A stretch of DNA of 64,000 bases from Candidatus Spongiisociaceae bacterium (GTDB lineage Bacteria > Actinomycetota > Acidimicrobiia > Spongiisociales > Spongiisociaceae): assembly GCA_965219685.1 (NCBI GenBank), contig CBDCOH010000002.1:1504001-1568000 (forward strand), written 5' to 3'. Below the pieces are notes generated by a model. The model had not been told where the DNA came from. It searched no databases and saw only the letters and a program-made list of their open reading frames with translations. Below are positions 30,160 to 39,627 of the stretch, piece after piece. The translations under genes and the position numbers were made by a program. Position 1 is the stretch's first letter, and every line of letters begins with the position of its first letter.

Positions 30160-32151
30160 TTAGGCTTTTCCTTGCCCCGGTCGGACCGGACTACCGGCCC
30201 GCCAGCCCCTGGCGGCCATGATCAAGCCGCCGACGACCACCAGGAAGGCGCTGGCACCGGGTGAGACAGCCGGGGTCGCCAACCGGACGAACGTCGCGAT
30301 CCAGGCCGCTCCGATCGCGGCGATTGCACATCCCAGCCCGAATGTCACGAGGGCGAGGTATCGCTGGACGGCATGCCGGGGCACCAGTCGGCCGAGTACA
30401 GCCGCCATGGATGCCAGCGTGAGAACGAGGATGATGTAACCGATCCCCGGTCCATCGGGATCCAGTCCTCGGACCGTGACGCGGCGGGTCTCGGCCAGTG
30501 CCTCGGCCAGCACCTCGGCGGCCAGTCCGCCCTGGTCGGCCCCCTCGGCGTCGGCTGCCAGTTCGGCGGCGATCTGGGCAGCGTCGCTGCGCTGGTCCAG
30601 GATCCAGGATCCTGACGCTCCGGCGAGTCCCAGGAACAGGGCCAGAACTACCATGCTCGCCAGTTCGCGTGGCCCCACGCGCGCCGGCTCATCGTCGTGG
30701 CCCCCTCGGAGCGCGGCCCAGCAACCACCCGCGAGAACGATCAGCGAGCTGAGCAGCGCCAGCCACACACCGGTGCCGTGGCTGTAGTTATCTCCCCGGG
30801 GTGAGACGGTCAGGTATGCGACGGCAAGCGAAGCCAAGACCACACCGGCCGCCAGGTAGGCGCCTCCGGCCGCGACGAACCTGTCCCTGCTGCGCGGACG
30901 CCAGAGCGTCGACGCGCCGCCGAACGCGACCGTCAGGCCTACAAGGGCGAATACGATCCCGAACCACGATCCGCCGGTGGCGTCCACGCCGCTGTGGGCG
31001 CCGGGGAGGTCGGTATCGGCGAATCGGGCGTAACCCGACAGCAGCCCGGCATCGTTACCCCAGGTCAGCAAAGCCGAGAACGCGGCCAGCAGACCCCCGA
31101 TGAGGGCGGCCACCGCCCGGATCCGGTGCGAGTCCGCCAACTCCGGCTCGGCCGGAGCCACGGCCACGACCGGGGTCTCCGGCTCGGCTTGCATCCCCGG
31201 TACGGCGGGCACCGCGGGGTCAGCCCGCGTGGACCAAGCGCCGAGCATCCGCGCAAAGAGGCTCCGCCTGTCATCGCTGTCCTCGGGCTGCGAGATCCGG
31301 TCGAGGAGTACCCCGACGAAGTAGAGGGCCGCTCCTGCCGACGCGCCCAGGGGAATGTCGGCGGTGTTGAGCGCCGTGAGGATCGGTTTCCCGAGACCTC
31401 CACCCGCGATGATGGCCACGATCCCCACCATTGACAGCGACAGCAGCAGGGTCTGGTTGAGGCCGGCCATGATCGCGGGCCGGGCCAGTGGCATCTGGAC
31501 CTCGCGCAGGACCCGGGTCTCGGTCGCTCCGAACGCGCGGGCCGCCTCCACCACGTCGGCGGGAACCTGGCGGATCCCCAGGTTGGTGAGCCGAACGATC
31601 GGGGGAAGGGCAAAGACCAGTGTGGCCAGCACGCCAGGGGTTCGGCGGACGCCGAACAGAAAGATAATGGGCAGCAGGTAGACGAAGGGGTGGATTACCT
31701 GCATGCCGTCAAGTACGGGGCGCAGCCGGCTCCAGAAGGTGTCGATCCGAGCCGCCAGGATCCCCAGCGGGATGCCGATGACCGTGCAGATCATCACGGC
31801 CACGATGATCATCCCGATCGTCTCCATGGTGAGATCCCAGTACGCGTTGCCCAGCAGCCCGCATGCGAGCAGTCCGGCCGCGCTGCCCAGCCCCACCAGG
31901 AAGTTCCTGGTCAGTGCTCCCAGCAGGAAGAACAACAACAGCACGACCGGCCACGGGAGCCAGTCCTGCAGCAGGTTGTCGATAATGAGTTCCAGCAACT
32001 TGTCGACAGGCCACTTGACGGAGTCGAGGAACCCCCTCACATGGGTGGTCAACCAGAAGACGATCTCCTCGATCCACAGACCAAACGGGATCTCCCAGTC
32101 ATCGAGGTTGCCGTTGTCCCAGAATCCGGAGGCGAGCGTTCTGGGATTCAC
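30160..32151 (-). CDS. Glycine betaine/proline ABC permease (ProW-like) with long C-terminal membrane extension
   Basis: IGIPLGI, RPVLDGMQ, RLTNLGIRQV, EAARAFGA, MAGLNQT, then ~370 aa of extra TM region. Confidence 0.8.
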   Translation of the reverse strand: MNPRTLASGFWDNGNLDDWEIPFGLWIEEIVFWLTTHVRGFLDSVKWPVDKLLELIIDNLLQDWLPWPVVLLLFFLLGALTRNFLVGLGSAAGLLACGLLGNAYWDLTMETIGMIIVAVMICTVIGIPLGILAARIDTFWSRLRPVLDGMQVIHPFVYLLPIIFLFGVRRTPGVLATLVFALPPIVRLTNLGIRQVPADVVEAARAFGATETRVLREVQMPLARPAIMAGLNQTLLLSLSMVGIVAIIAGGGLGKPILTALNTADIPLGASAGAALYFVGVLLDRISQPEDSDDRRSLFARMLGAWSTRADPAVPAVPGMQAEPETPVVAVAPAEPELADSHRIRAVAALIGGLLAAFSALLTWGNDAGLLSGYARFADTDLPGAHSGVDATGGSWFGIVFALVGLTVAFGGASTLWRPRSRDRFVAAGGAYLAAGVVLASLAVAYLTVSPRGDNYSHGTGVWLALLSSLIVLAGGCWAALRGGHDDEPARVGPRELASMVVLALFLGLAGASGSWILDQRSDAAQIAAELAADAEGADQGGLAAEVLAEALAETRRVTVRGLDPDGPGIGYIILVLTLASMAAVLGRLVPRHAVQRYLALVTFGLGCAIAAIGAAWIATFVRLATPAVSPGASAFLVVVGGLIMAARGWRAGSPVRPGQGKA

Positions 32152-33362
32152 TGTCTCGCGCTGGCCGGCTTCAATTGCTCGGCGACGCCCTCGGCCCGCC
32201 CCAACTCGGCCAGGACAGTAAGGGGTCGGACCGATCCTACGAGCCTGCCGTCCCCATCGACCACGGCGACAGGCAGGCCCGATCCGAAGAGCTGGTACAC
32301 CTTGGCCAGCACCGTGACTTCGGTGACGGTCGGCACCGTCTGGACCAGAGACCCCAACTGCTGGTCGCCGCGGGAACGCGCCATCTCGGCGGCTTCGCGG
32401 GTGACCACCCCGAGAGGTCGCCCGCCGGAATCGACAACGTGGGCGGCCTCCACCCCGAGGCTGTCGATGGCCCCCAACACGTCGGCGACGGTCGCTCTCG
32501 CCCCAACCGCGGCGGCGTCCTCGCGCACCGTCTCGACGGCCAGTACCCGGCCCTGATCGACGTCTTGGACGAACTCAGCCACGTACCGGGTCGCGGGGCG
32601 GAGGAGGATGTCCTGTGGTGTGCCGATCTGATGGATGGCTCCGTCCTTCATGATGCACACCCGGGTACCGACCCGGAGCGCCTCGTTGAGATCGTGTGTG
32701 ATGAAAAGGATCGTCTTTTGGAGATTGTCCTGGATCTCCATCAGCTCATCCTGCATCTGGCGGCGGATCAGCGGATCAAGGGCGCTGAAGGCTTCGTCCA
32801 TGAGCAGGATGTCGGGATCGGTGGCGAGTGCCCGGGCAAGGCCCACCCTCTGCTGCATTCCTCCGCTGAGTTGCCGCGGGTAGCTGGTCTCGTAACCGCT
32901 GAGCCCGACGAGCGCGAGCGCCCTCTCCGCCGCCTCGTTGCGCGCCTCGTGATCGACACCCTTCACCCTGAGTCCGAAGGAGACGTTCGAACGCACATCC
33001 TGGTGGGGAAAGAGAGCGAAGTGCTGGAACACCATGCCGGTGCTCTCGCGGCGAAAGGCCTGCAGCTCCTTGGGGCCGAGGGCTGTGACATCCGTCCCGT
33101 CGACTACGACCCTGCCCGCGGTCGGCTCGTAGAGCCGGTTCACACAACGTAGGAGGGTCGACTTACCCGAGCCGGACAGGCCCATCACCACGAAGATCTC
33201 CCCCTCCGCTACAGCGATGCTGGCGTTGTTGACACCCACAACGTGGCCCGTGCGCTCCCTGATCGCCTGCTTCGAACAGCCGGCCCACAGCAACTCGAGC
33301 GCCTCTCCGTGGGGATCGTCGCCAAAGATCTTGGTGACATTGCCGAGTTCGACTTTGGTCAA
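32148..33362 (-). CDS. Glycine betaine/proline ABC ATP-binding protein with CBS domains (ProV-like)
   Basis: MGLSGSGKST, LSGGMQQRVGLAR, MDEAFSALDPLIR, C-terminal CBS pair. Confidence 0.92.
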   Translation of the reverse strand: MTKVELGNVTKIFGDDPHGEALELLWAGCSKQAIRERTGHVVGVNNASIAVAEGEIFVVMGLSGSGKSTLLRCVNRLYEPTAGRVVVDGTDVTALGPKELQAFRRESTGMVFQHFALFPHQDVRSNVSFGLRVKGVDHEARNEAAERALALVGLSGYETSYPRQLSGGMQQRVGLARALATDPDILLMDEAFSALDPLIRRQMQDELMEIQDNLQKTILFITHDLNEALRVGTRVCIMKDGAIHQIGTPQDILLRPATRYVAEFVQDVDQGRVLAVETVREDAAAVGARATVADVLGAIDSLGVEAAHVVDSGGRPLGVVTREAAEMARSRGDQQLGSLVQTVPTVTEVTVLAKVYQLFGSGLPVAVVDGDGRLVGSVRPLTVLAELGRAEGVAEQLKPASARQ

Positions 33363-33903
33363 AACCTCTTCCCGTTCGCAGGACTGATCCGAAACCCTCG
33401 CAGTTGCCTAGCCCGCTTCACGGCACCCGTATCGACGATCGTAATCCCTGAAACTGACATCGTCTTCTCTTTAGGCTCCGTGTGACCGGATGACAACCCG
33501 GCACTGTTGGCCGCAGAAGGCGTCGACACCGCCGCGGTGTCGCCAGTCGCAGTCGAGACCAATCCCCGACGCAGGAGCACCGAGGCGTCTTGCGGGGTGG
33601 AACCGTGCACGTGTGTTCCAGCGGGGCTGTTCACCGGTCGGCACCCTAGAAAACACACCATCCGCGCCAGCACCGAGGCTCAGCGGCCGGAGGGTGCCGG
33701 TAGAGGCCAGGCCGTCCCTCATCGGATCGGGTTCTCGAACTCGGGGTCCTGCGGTCGGGACTCGGGACAGAGGTGCCACAACCACCACTGCGAGCTTCGG
33801 CATCCAGCAGCGCCATCGCGACACCTCCAGAAGAGACGACTTAGGGAGTTCCGTTACAAGACCTGTTGGTAAGGGTTTCTGGAGTCGTGTGAAGTGTGAA
33901 CAG

Positions 33904-33977
33904 TGGAGCTGAGGGGATTTGAACCCCTGACCCCCTCGTTGCGAACGAGGTGCTCTGCCGAACTGAGCTACAGCCCC
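33904..33977 (-). tRNA. tRNA-Ala (anticodon CGC); CCA not encoded
   Basis: GGGGCTGTAGCTCAG...CCTCG TTCGCAA CGAGG...GGTTCAAATCC...CAGCTCCA; G3:U70 alanine identity pair. Confidence 0.95.
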
Positions 33978-34032
33978 GAAGTCCCTCCATTGTACCCCGG
34001 CCGGGGTCCGGCGCCATACGCCCGCGTCGGTG

Positions 34033-34650
34033 TCACCGGCGTGCCATGTCGCGGCGGAGTCGCTCGGCTACGAGGGCCGAGGTGAGATCCGCCCGGCTGC
34101 GTTCGGTCAGACTGCGAGCCACGTCGGTCGTACGGCGCAGGCCTCCGGTCATACCGTCGGGGTAGTCGAGAGAAGCCAAGAGGTCCACCACCTCGTCCAT
34201 GATGGCCAGAATCCGCTCGGCCTCGTCGAAGTCCTCCATCCTCAACTGGTCGAGCAGCCGTCGCCTGAGCTCCCCTACTGCTTCGCCGAATCCCTTGAGG
34301 TACGGAACCATGGTCATCCCCAGTTCCCTGGCGGTAGGAAGATCGCCACCGGCCGACAGGGCCAGGAAGAGGCGTGCCTCTGCGTACTCCTTGGCCGCAT
34401 CGTTGAGAATCCCTATGTTGATGTCCGGGTGATCCGCCATGGCGACCGTCGAAGCCTCCAGCAGCATCCGCGCCTTCTCCAGGAGGACTCCCGCCGCTTC
34501 CACCTCTCCCCGGTGCGCGGAGCGGATCGCCTTGGCGGAACACCGGATCACCACGCGCCCGTTGGCGATAGCCGTCTCGCGCGCCTCGAACTTTGGGTCG
34601 AGTTCGGCACGTGCCGCCGCTTCGATAAGCGAGAGATCCGGAACGGACAT
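34033..34650 (-). CDS. Translin/TRAX (C3PO-like) family protein
   Basis: 205 aa, all-helical; ARE...R.VIRCSAKAIRSAH, KEYAEA, YL.GF.EAVGELRR, LRRTTD motifs. Confidence 0.78.
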   Translation of the reverse strand: MSVPDLSLIEAAARAELDPKFEARETAIANGRVVIRCSAKAIRSAHRGEVEAAGVLLEKARMLLEASTVAMADHPDINIGILNDAAKEYAEARLFLALSAGGDLPTARELGMTMVPYLKGFGEAVGELRRRLLDQLRMEDFDEAERILAIMDEVVDLLASLDYPDGMTGGLRRTTDVARSLTERSRADLTSALVAERLRRDMARR

Positions 34651-34657
34651 GGCGGGC

Positions 34658-35113
34658 CTAGCTCGATCCGACGACCCTCACGCGGGGCGTCTCCACCTCG
34701 TCGTCGGCATGGGCCGCCAAAGCGGCCATCTCGCGAGACGCTGTCGTGATCCGCCTTAGCATCACGACATACCAGATGAGGAGAGCGTCGGCGGCTCCAT
34801 GAAGGACCAGGAGCCACCTTCCCCCGAAGATCACCACCGCGACCAGGCTTACGAGAGCGGTTCCCACAAAGATCGTCAGCGCCCTGCGCCGACGCGTCAC
34901 GACGGCAGCCCGGTCGAGCCCCCCTACGCTTCCTCCGACCGGATGGCTCGGACTCTGGTAGGTGTTAGGTGGCGTGCCGCCGTGCCGGCCCGGTCCGTCC
35001 AAGGCCTGACGCCGGGTAGGTGAGAAGAAGGAGGGGCGCCGATCGGCCCATAAGGGTGGAAGAAGAAACACGGCCCAAATGCCGGCGACTACTAGAAACA
35101 AGGCCCACGCCAT
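34658..35113 (-). CDS. Small membrane protein, SepX/GlpR-like
   Basis: N-terminal TM ending WAVFLLP, RRRR before two TM helices; occupies the position of this family between moeA and tRNA-Ala in actinobacteria. Confidence 0.55.
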   Translation of the reverse strand: MAWALFLVVAGIWAVFLLPPLWADRRPSFFSPTRRQALDGPGRHGGTPPNTYQSPSHPVGGSVGGLDRAAVVTRRRRALTIFVGTALVSLVAVVIFGGRWLLVLHGAADALLIWYVVMLRRITTASREMAALAAHADDEVETPRVRVVGSS

Positions 35114-35235
35114 CCCGGAACCGACTCCCTACTGTCGCAACCCTGACGGAGGTTATACCTGCCGGGAGACCAGTCCAAGCATTTCGAGCCCCGGCCGGGC
35201 CCGCCATTATCCGTCGGCAGGCACCCGCGCGCCGG

Positions 35236-35718
35236 TCAGAGCGCATCAGCGGACCAGGCGCCTGACCGGCCACCTGACTTGCTCAACAGGCGGAGCCGCT
35301 CGACGCGGACACCCCGCTCGATCCCCTTCACCATGTCGTACAGGGTGAGAGAGGCGATCGCCGCGGCCGTCATGGCCTCCATCTCTGCTCCGGTCCTGTC
35401 AGCGGTGCGCACGGTTGTCGTGATGAGAGCACAGGTGGCTGAGCGGCGGACATCGACTGTCACATCCGTCAGAGACAAGGGATGGCAGAGCGGAATCAGT
35501 TCGGAGGTCCTCTTCGCCGCCATGATTCCCGCCAGGCGAGCCGTCCCGATGGCGTCCCCCTTGGGCAAGCCACCATCGAAGATCAGGTCGAGGGTTGCCG
35601 CGGAGGCGACCAGCACCGCCTCCGCGGCAGCCCTCCTCTCGGTGACCGGCTTGTCACCCACATCGACCATACGGGCCCGACCATGCTCGTCGATGTGGGA
35701 GAGGCGCCCTTCACTCAC
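35236..35718 (-). CDS. moaC: Cyclic pyranopterin monophosphate synthase
   Basis: LSHIDEHGRARMVDV, KGD, LIPLCHP, TGAEMEA, YDMVK, KSGGRSG. Confidence 0.95.
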   Translation of the reverse strand: MSEGRLSHIDEHGRARMVDVGDKPVTERRAAAEAVLVASAATLDLIFDGGLPKGDAIGTARLAGIMAAKRTSELIPLCHPLSLTDVTVDVRRSATCALITTTVRTADRTGAEMEAMTAAAIASLTLYDMVKGIERGVRVERLRLLSKSGGRSGAWSADAL

Positions 35719-36943
35719 CCAGCACCTCGGATGCGGATCGGGTCTCGGGTGAGCGATACAGCTCGATCGTCACCTCGTCCCCTACCTCGACGTTCCCGGT
35801 GCCGACGGGGATCACCGCGAAGGCGTCAGCCCGGGCCAGAGACGACAGGACGTTCGACATCTGTGCTCCGCTGCTCCGCACATGGGTGACCCCGTCCCTC
35901 ACTTCGGTCACCACCCTGGTGAACACGGTCTTGCCCGGATGCGTACGCCATCTCTCTGCGGCGACGGCTGCGCTCATGGGCCGGAAAACCGAGTTGCAGC
36001 CCATCATGTGCAATAGCGCCGGCCTGGCGAACTGCTCGTAGGCGACCATGACCGATACCGGATTCCCCGGCAGTCCCAGGAGGGGGGTACCGTCGATGTG
36101 ACCGAAGGCGAAGGGTTTGGCCGGCTGCATGGCCACCTGCCAGAAGTCGACCGTGCCCAGCTCCCCGAGTATGGCCTTCACCAGGTCGTACTCACCCATC
36201 GAGACCCCGCCCGACGTCAGCACCATGTCCGACTCCGAGGCTCCCATCGCAAGCGCCTCGCGCAAAGCTCGGGCGTCATCCCCGACGATGCCCAGGTCGT
36301 ACACCTCGGCCCCCAGCCGCTCCAGGAGTCCCATGAGGAGTGGCCGGTTCGTGTCCCGGATCTGGCCCGGAGCCAGCGTCTCGGTGTCCGGTGCAAGAAC
36401 CTCGTCCCCGGTGGAGAGAACCGCCACCCTCGGGCGGCGGCGAACCAGCGGGGTCACGCCCAACGAGGCCAGCACCGCTATGTGGCGTGGGGTGAGTCGC
36501 TCCCCCACCTCGAAAACCGACTCCCCGGCAACCAGATCCCCGCCCGCCGGCCGGACGGCTGTGCCCCGCTCGGTCGCCGCGAGGATGCGTACCCCGTCGG
36601 GCAGAGGTTCGGTGTCCTCTACCTTCACGACCGTGTCCGCACCTTCCGGCATCGGTGCACCGGTCATGATCTTGATGGCGGAGCCGGGTACCACCCTCCC
36701 GCGCGCCACATGGCCCGCGGGCACGTCTTCGAGCAGGCCCAGCGTAACGGGAGCCGACCGGACATCCCCGCCTTGGACCGCGTACCCGTCCATGGCGGAA
36801 TTCGTAAATGGGGGCACGTCGTGGGGCGCGAGCACCGACCTCGCCAGGGCTAGGCCGAGCGCATCACCGAGCGGCACTTCCACTACCGGAAGCAGGGGAA
36901 CCGAGTCCAGGACGTCTCTCTGTGCATCGGTCAGCGGTCGCAT
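35711..36943 (-). CDS. moeA: Molybdopterin molybdotransferase
   Basis: PPFTNSAMDGYA, IMTGAP, STGDE, TSGGVSMG, LPGNPVS. Confidence 0.95.
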   Translation of the reverse strand: MRPLTDAQRDVLDSVPLLPVVEVPLGDALGLALARSVLAPHDVPPFTNSAMDGYAVQGGDVRSAPVTLGLLEDVPAGHVARGRVVPGSAIKIMTGAPMPEGADTVVKVEDTEPLPDGVRILAATERGTAVRPAGGDLVAGESVFEVGERLTPRHIAVLASLGVTPLVRRRPRVAVLSTGDEVLAPDTETLAPGQIRDTNRPLLMGLLERLGAEVYDLGIVGDDARALREALAMGASESDMVLTSGGVSMGEYDLVKAILGELGTVDFWQVAMQPAKPFAFGHIDGTPLLGLPGNPVSVMVAYEQFARPALLHMMGCNSVFRPMSAAVAAERWRTHPGKTVFTRVVTEVRDGVTHVRSSGAQMSNVLSSLARADAFAVIPVGTGNVEVGDEVTIELYRSPETRSASEVLGE

Positions 36944-36946
36944 TGG

Positions 36947-37756
36947 TTACTCCTCGAGCAGTCTTCTCATGATGGCCTTCAGGCTCCCACCGTACTCCCT
37001 GCTGGCCGCGGCCAGGACGAAGTTGGCGTTCAGGAAGCCCGAAGGGTTGCCCACGTCGAGGATCTCCACATCGGTTACGTAGGCACGGCAACGGCCCTCT
37101 CCCGCCAATGCATCGATCGCGTCCGTAAGTTGGATCTCGCCGCCGTACCCCGGTCCGACATCTGCCAACTTCTCGAACACCTCGGGCATGAACAGGTACC
37201 GACCCTGGATGCACAACCGGGAGGGCGCCTCTGCAGGGGTTGGCTTCTCGACGGCGGCTCCGACCCCGACCACGTCTCCCTTGATGTCCGACCGTGGTGC
37301 GATCACACCCTTCGACGACAGCACGTCGATGGGCAGTTCCCGAACGCAGACGACCGAGTGTCCATCCCCGGAAGAGGACGCGAGGCGGTGGAGAATCGAC
37401 TCTCGGGGTCGGATCAGGTCGTCAGCGGTCAGCACGAAGAAGGGCCGGTCACCAACTGCCTCCCGGCTTCGCAATACCGCGTCCCCGAGACCGCGGGCCT
37501 GATTCTGCACGACGGACCGGACGGTCGCGCCCCGTGTGCCGGGTAGGTCGGCAAAGTGCCGTTCGATCATCCCGCCGGTGTCGGGATCCACGACCACGAT
37601 CACCTCCCCGACGCCGGCGCGCACCGCCTCTTCGACCACCCACTGGATGCTGGGACGGTCCACAACCGTCAGCAGCGCCTTGGGGATGGCGTTGGTAGCG
37701 GGCCGCATGCGCGTACCGCGTCCCGCCGCCGGGATCACCGCCACGTCGACATTCAT
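36947..37756 (-). CDS. galU: UTP--glucose-1-phosphate uridylyltransferase
   Basis: VIPAAGRGTRMRPAT..IPK, GLGDAV, VEKP, GGEIQLTDAI. Confidence 0.88.
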   Translation of the reverse strand: MNVDVAVIPAAGRGTRMRPATNAIPKALLTVVDRPSIQWVVEEAVRAGVGEVIVVVDPDTGGMIERHFADLPGTRGATVRSVVQNQARGLGDAVLRSREAVGDRPFFVLTADDLIRPRESILHRLASSSGDGHSVVCVRELPIDVLSSKGVIAPRSDIKGDVVGVGAAVEKPTPAEAPSRLCIQGRYLFMPEVFEKLADVGPGYGGEIQLTDAIDALAGEGRCRAYVTDVEILDVGNPSGFLNANFVLAAASREYGGSLKAIMRRLLEE

Positions 37757-37796
37757 CGTGGCGGGCACCCCTCGGGTCCGGTCATCCGCGTCCCGG

Positions 37797-38381
37797 TCAT
37801 GACGTCAGCTTGCGTTCCGTGCCGGCCCGTAGCCGGGATAGGTTGGAACGGTGCCGGAGGACGATGAGCAACATGGTGGCACCGAACCAGGCCACGGCCG
37901 CGGTTTCGACGCCCGCAATGATGAGAGCCGGCACGGAAGTGACCGCGGCCGCCAGGGAACCCACGGCCGAGATCCGGGTCGCGGCCAGCCCGATGCCGTA
38001 CATCAGCACCATCGCGACCATGACCGGCGGCGACAGAGCGAGCGCGACCCCTCCCGCGGTGGCCACGCCCTTACCGCCGCGGAACCGGTGGAAGACCGGG
38101 TAGCAGTGGCCTGCGACCGCGCACAAGCCTGCCAGCGCGGCTGTCGCCGGGGTCCAGAGCAGCAACCCGACCAGTGCTGGGAGGAAGCCCTTCAGCAGGT
38201 CGGCCACGGTAACCAGCAGAGCGGGCCCTTTCCCTAGGCTCCGCAGCACGTTGGAAGCACCGGGGTTGCCGCTGCCCACCGCTCGAATATCCACACCGCG
38301 CGGCGCGGCGACCACCAGCGCGGTGTTAATGCTTCCCAGAAGATAGGCGCTGACGCATAGGGCAGCTATGCCGATGAACAT
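37797..38381 (-). CDS. plsY: Glycerol-3-phosphate acyltransferase
   Basis: YLLGSI, DIR..GSGNPGASN, DLLKG, GHCYPVF, GGKGVAT, RHRSNL. Confidence 0.93.
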   Translation of the reverse strand: MFIGIAALCVSAYLLGSINTALVVAAPRGVDIRAVGSGNPGASNVLRSLGKGPALLVTVADLLKGFLPALVGLLLWTPATAALAGLCAVAGHCYPVFHRFRGGKGVATAGGVALALSPPVMVAMVLMYGIGLAATRISAVGSLAAAVTSVPALIIAGVETAAVAWFGATMLLIVLRHRSNLSRLRAGTERKLTS

Positions 38382-38475
38382 CGGGGATGATTCTATCCCG
38401 ACGATGGTATGCTTCCGTCCCGTACGTCCAGCCGACCCGGCACCGGCTGTACCGCGAGCTCACCGGAGACTTCCA

Positions 38476-38805
38476 ATGCCCACCTACGTGTACGAGTGCA
38501 GAGACTGCGGACACCGGTTCGAACTGTTCCAGAGCTTCTCGGCCGAGCCGCTGCGGACCTGCCCCCAGTGCCGGGAAGTCGCGCTCCGGAAGGTACTGTT
38601 CCCCGCCGGAGTCGTCTTCAAGGGTTCGGGGTTCTATGTGAACGACTCTCGAGGTCCCCGCCCCAAGAAGTCCTCCACCGACTCCAAGCCCGCCGACGGT
38701 GAGACGCCGGCCGGCGAGAAGTCCGCCACTTCGGAGAAGTCGCCCGCCTCTTCCAACGGCTCGCCCAAGAAGGGAAGAGAGCCGGCAAGGTCCGGAGCCA
38801 AGTAG
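38476..38805 (+). CDS. FmdB family zinc-ribbon protein
   Basis: MPTYVYECRDCGHRFE...CPQC...FKGSGFY, with disordered C-terminal tail. Confidence 0.9.
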   Translation: MPTYVYECRDCGHRFELFQSFSAEPLRTCPQCREVALRKVLFPAGVVFKGSGFYVNDSRGPRPKKSSTDSKPADGETPAGEKSATSEKSPASSNGSPKKGREPARSGAK

Positions 38806-38982
38806 GCCAGCGCACACGCACAAGTGCGTCGCTCCCCGGACACCCACCCCGCCGTTGATCGGAGAAGCCTCGCCGAGTGATCGCGCTCCAGGGTGTCTTG
38901 GCCGGCCGAGTGGCTTCGAGCCATCCGACCGACGGGATCGGCCCTGAACTACCGAGACCGGAAACTACCTGATCTAACGATT

Positions 38983-39030
38983 ACTACCGACTATCCACTA
39001 GCAACTAACAACTAGCAACTAACAACTAAA
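38983..39030. repeat. Heptamer tract (ACTACCG/ACTAGCA/ACTAACA), ~7 units
   Basis: actaccg actatcc actagca actaaca actagca actaaca actaaa, ending 8 bp before the mobA start; degenerate units extend to ~38947. Confidence 0.88.
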
Positions 39031-39038
39031 GTAACAGC

Positions 39039-39626
39039 GTGCGCGGTGTGGTAGGCGTCATTCTCGCCGGCGGTGAATCCACCCGGATGGGCACCGACAA
39101 GGCGTCGTTCGAACTCCACGGACGGCCCATGGTCGAGTGGGTAGCCGATGCGATGACCGGTTTCGCCACGGTGGTAGTCGTAGGGCGCCGCCGGGGACCG
39201 GCCGGGTTGGAGGCGGTGGCGGACCTGCACCCGAGTGCGGCGGGCCCCCTCAGCGGCCTGCAGACGGCTCTCACGGTGTGGCGATCGCCGGTAGTGCTCG
39301 TGGCGGTCGACCAACCACTCGTGCGGTCCGAGACCCTCGCCCGCCTGGGCGAACGGGCCGCGGCAAACGAGACAGCAATCTGCATCGACGGCAGGCCGCA
39401 GGTCACCTGCGCCGCATATGCAACCACCTGTCTGGGAGAGGCGAACCGCCAGCTCAGGACCGGGGGATCCATCCAGCAGATGCTGAAGTCGGTTCCGTGG
39501 ACCAGGGTCGAGCGTCACGACTGGTCCGCATGGGGTGAGGACGGCCGTTCCTGGTTCTCCATGGATACGCCCGACGACCTGATCGCCGCCGAGCAGCGGT
39601 TCAGGCTGGATCTGCTCGGTGGGTAG
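39039..39626 (+). CDS. mobA: Molybdenum cofactor guanylyltransferase
   Basis: ILAGGESTRMGTDKA, GPLSGL, AVDQP, FSMDTPDDL. Confidence 0.88.
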   Translation: MRGVVGVILAGGESTRMGTDKASFELHGRPMVEWVADAMTGFATVVVVGRRRGPAGLEAVADLHPSAAGPLSGLQTALTVWRSPVVLVAVDQPLVRSETLARLGERAAANETAICIDGRPQVTCAAYATTCLGEANRQLRTGGSIQQMLKSVPWTRVERHDWSAWGEDGRSWFSMDTPDDLIAAEQRFRLDLLGG

Positions 39627-39627
39627 A

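Noticed and set aside
33636-33660. Guanidine-I (ykkC) riboswitch suggested by GTTTTCTAGGGTGCCG on the minus strand
   Set aside because: The downstream conserved elements (CTGGTCCGAG and the ACGG..GGA.AAAAGCC tail) are absent.
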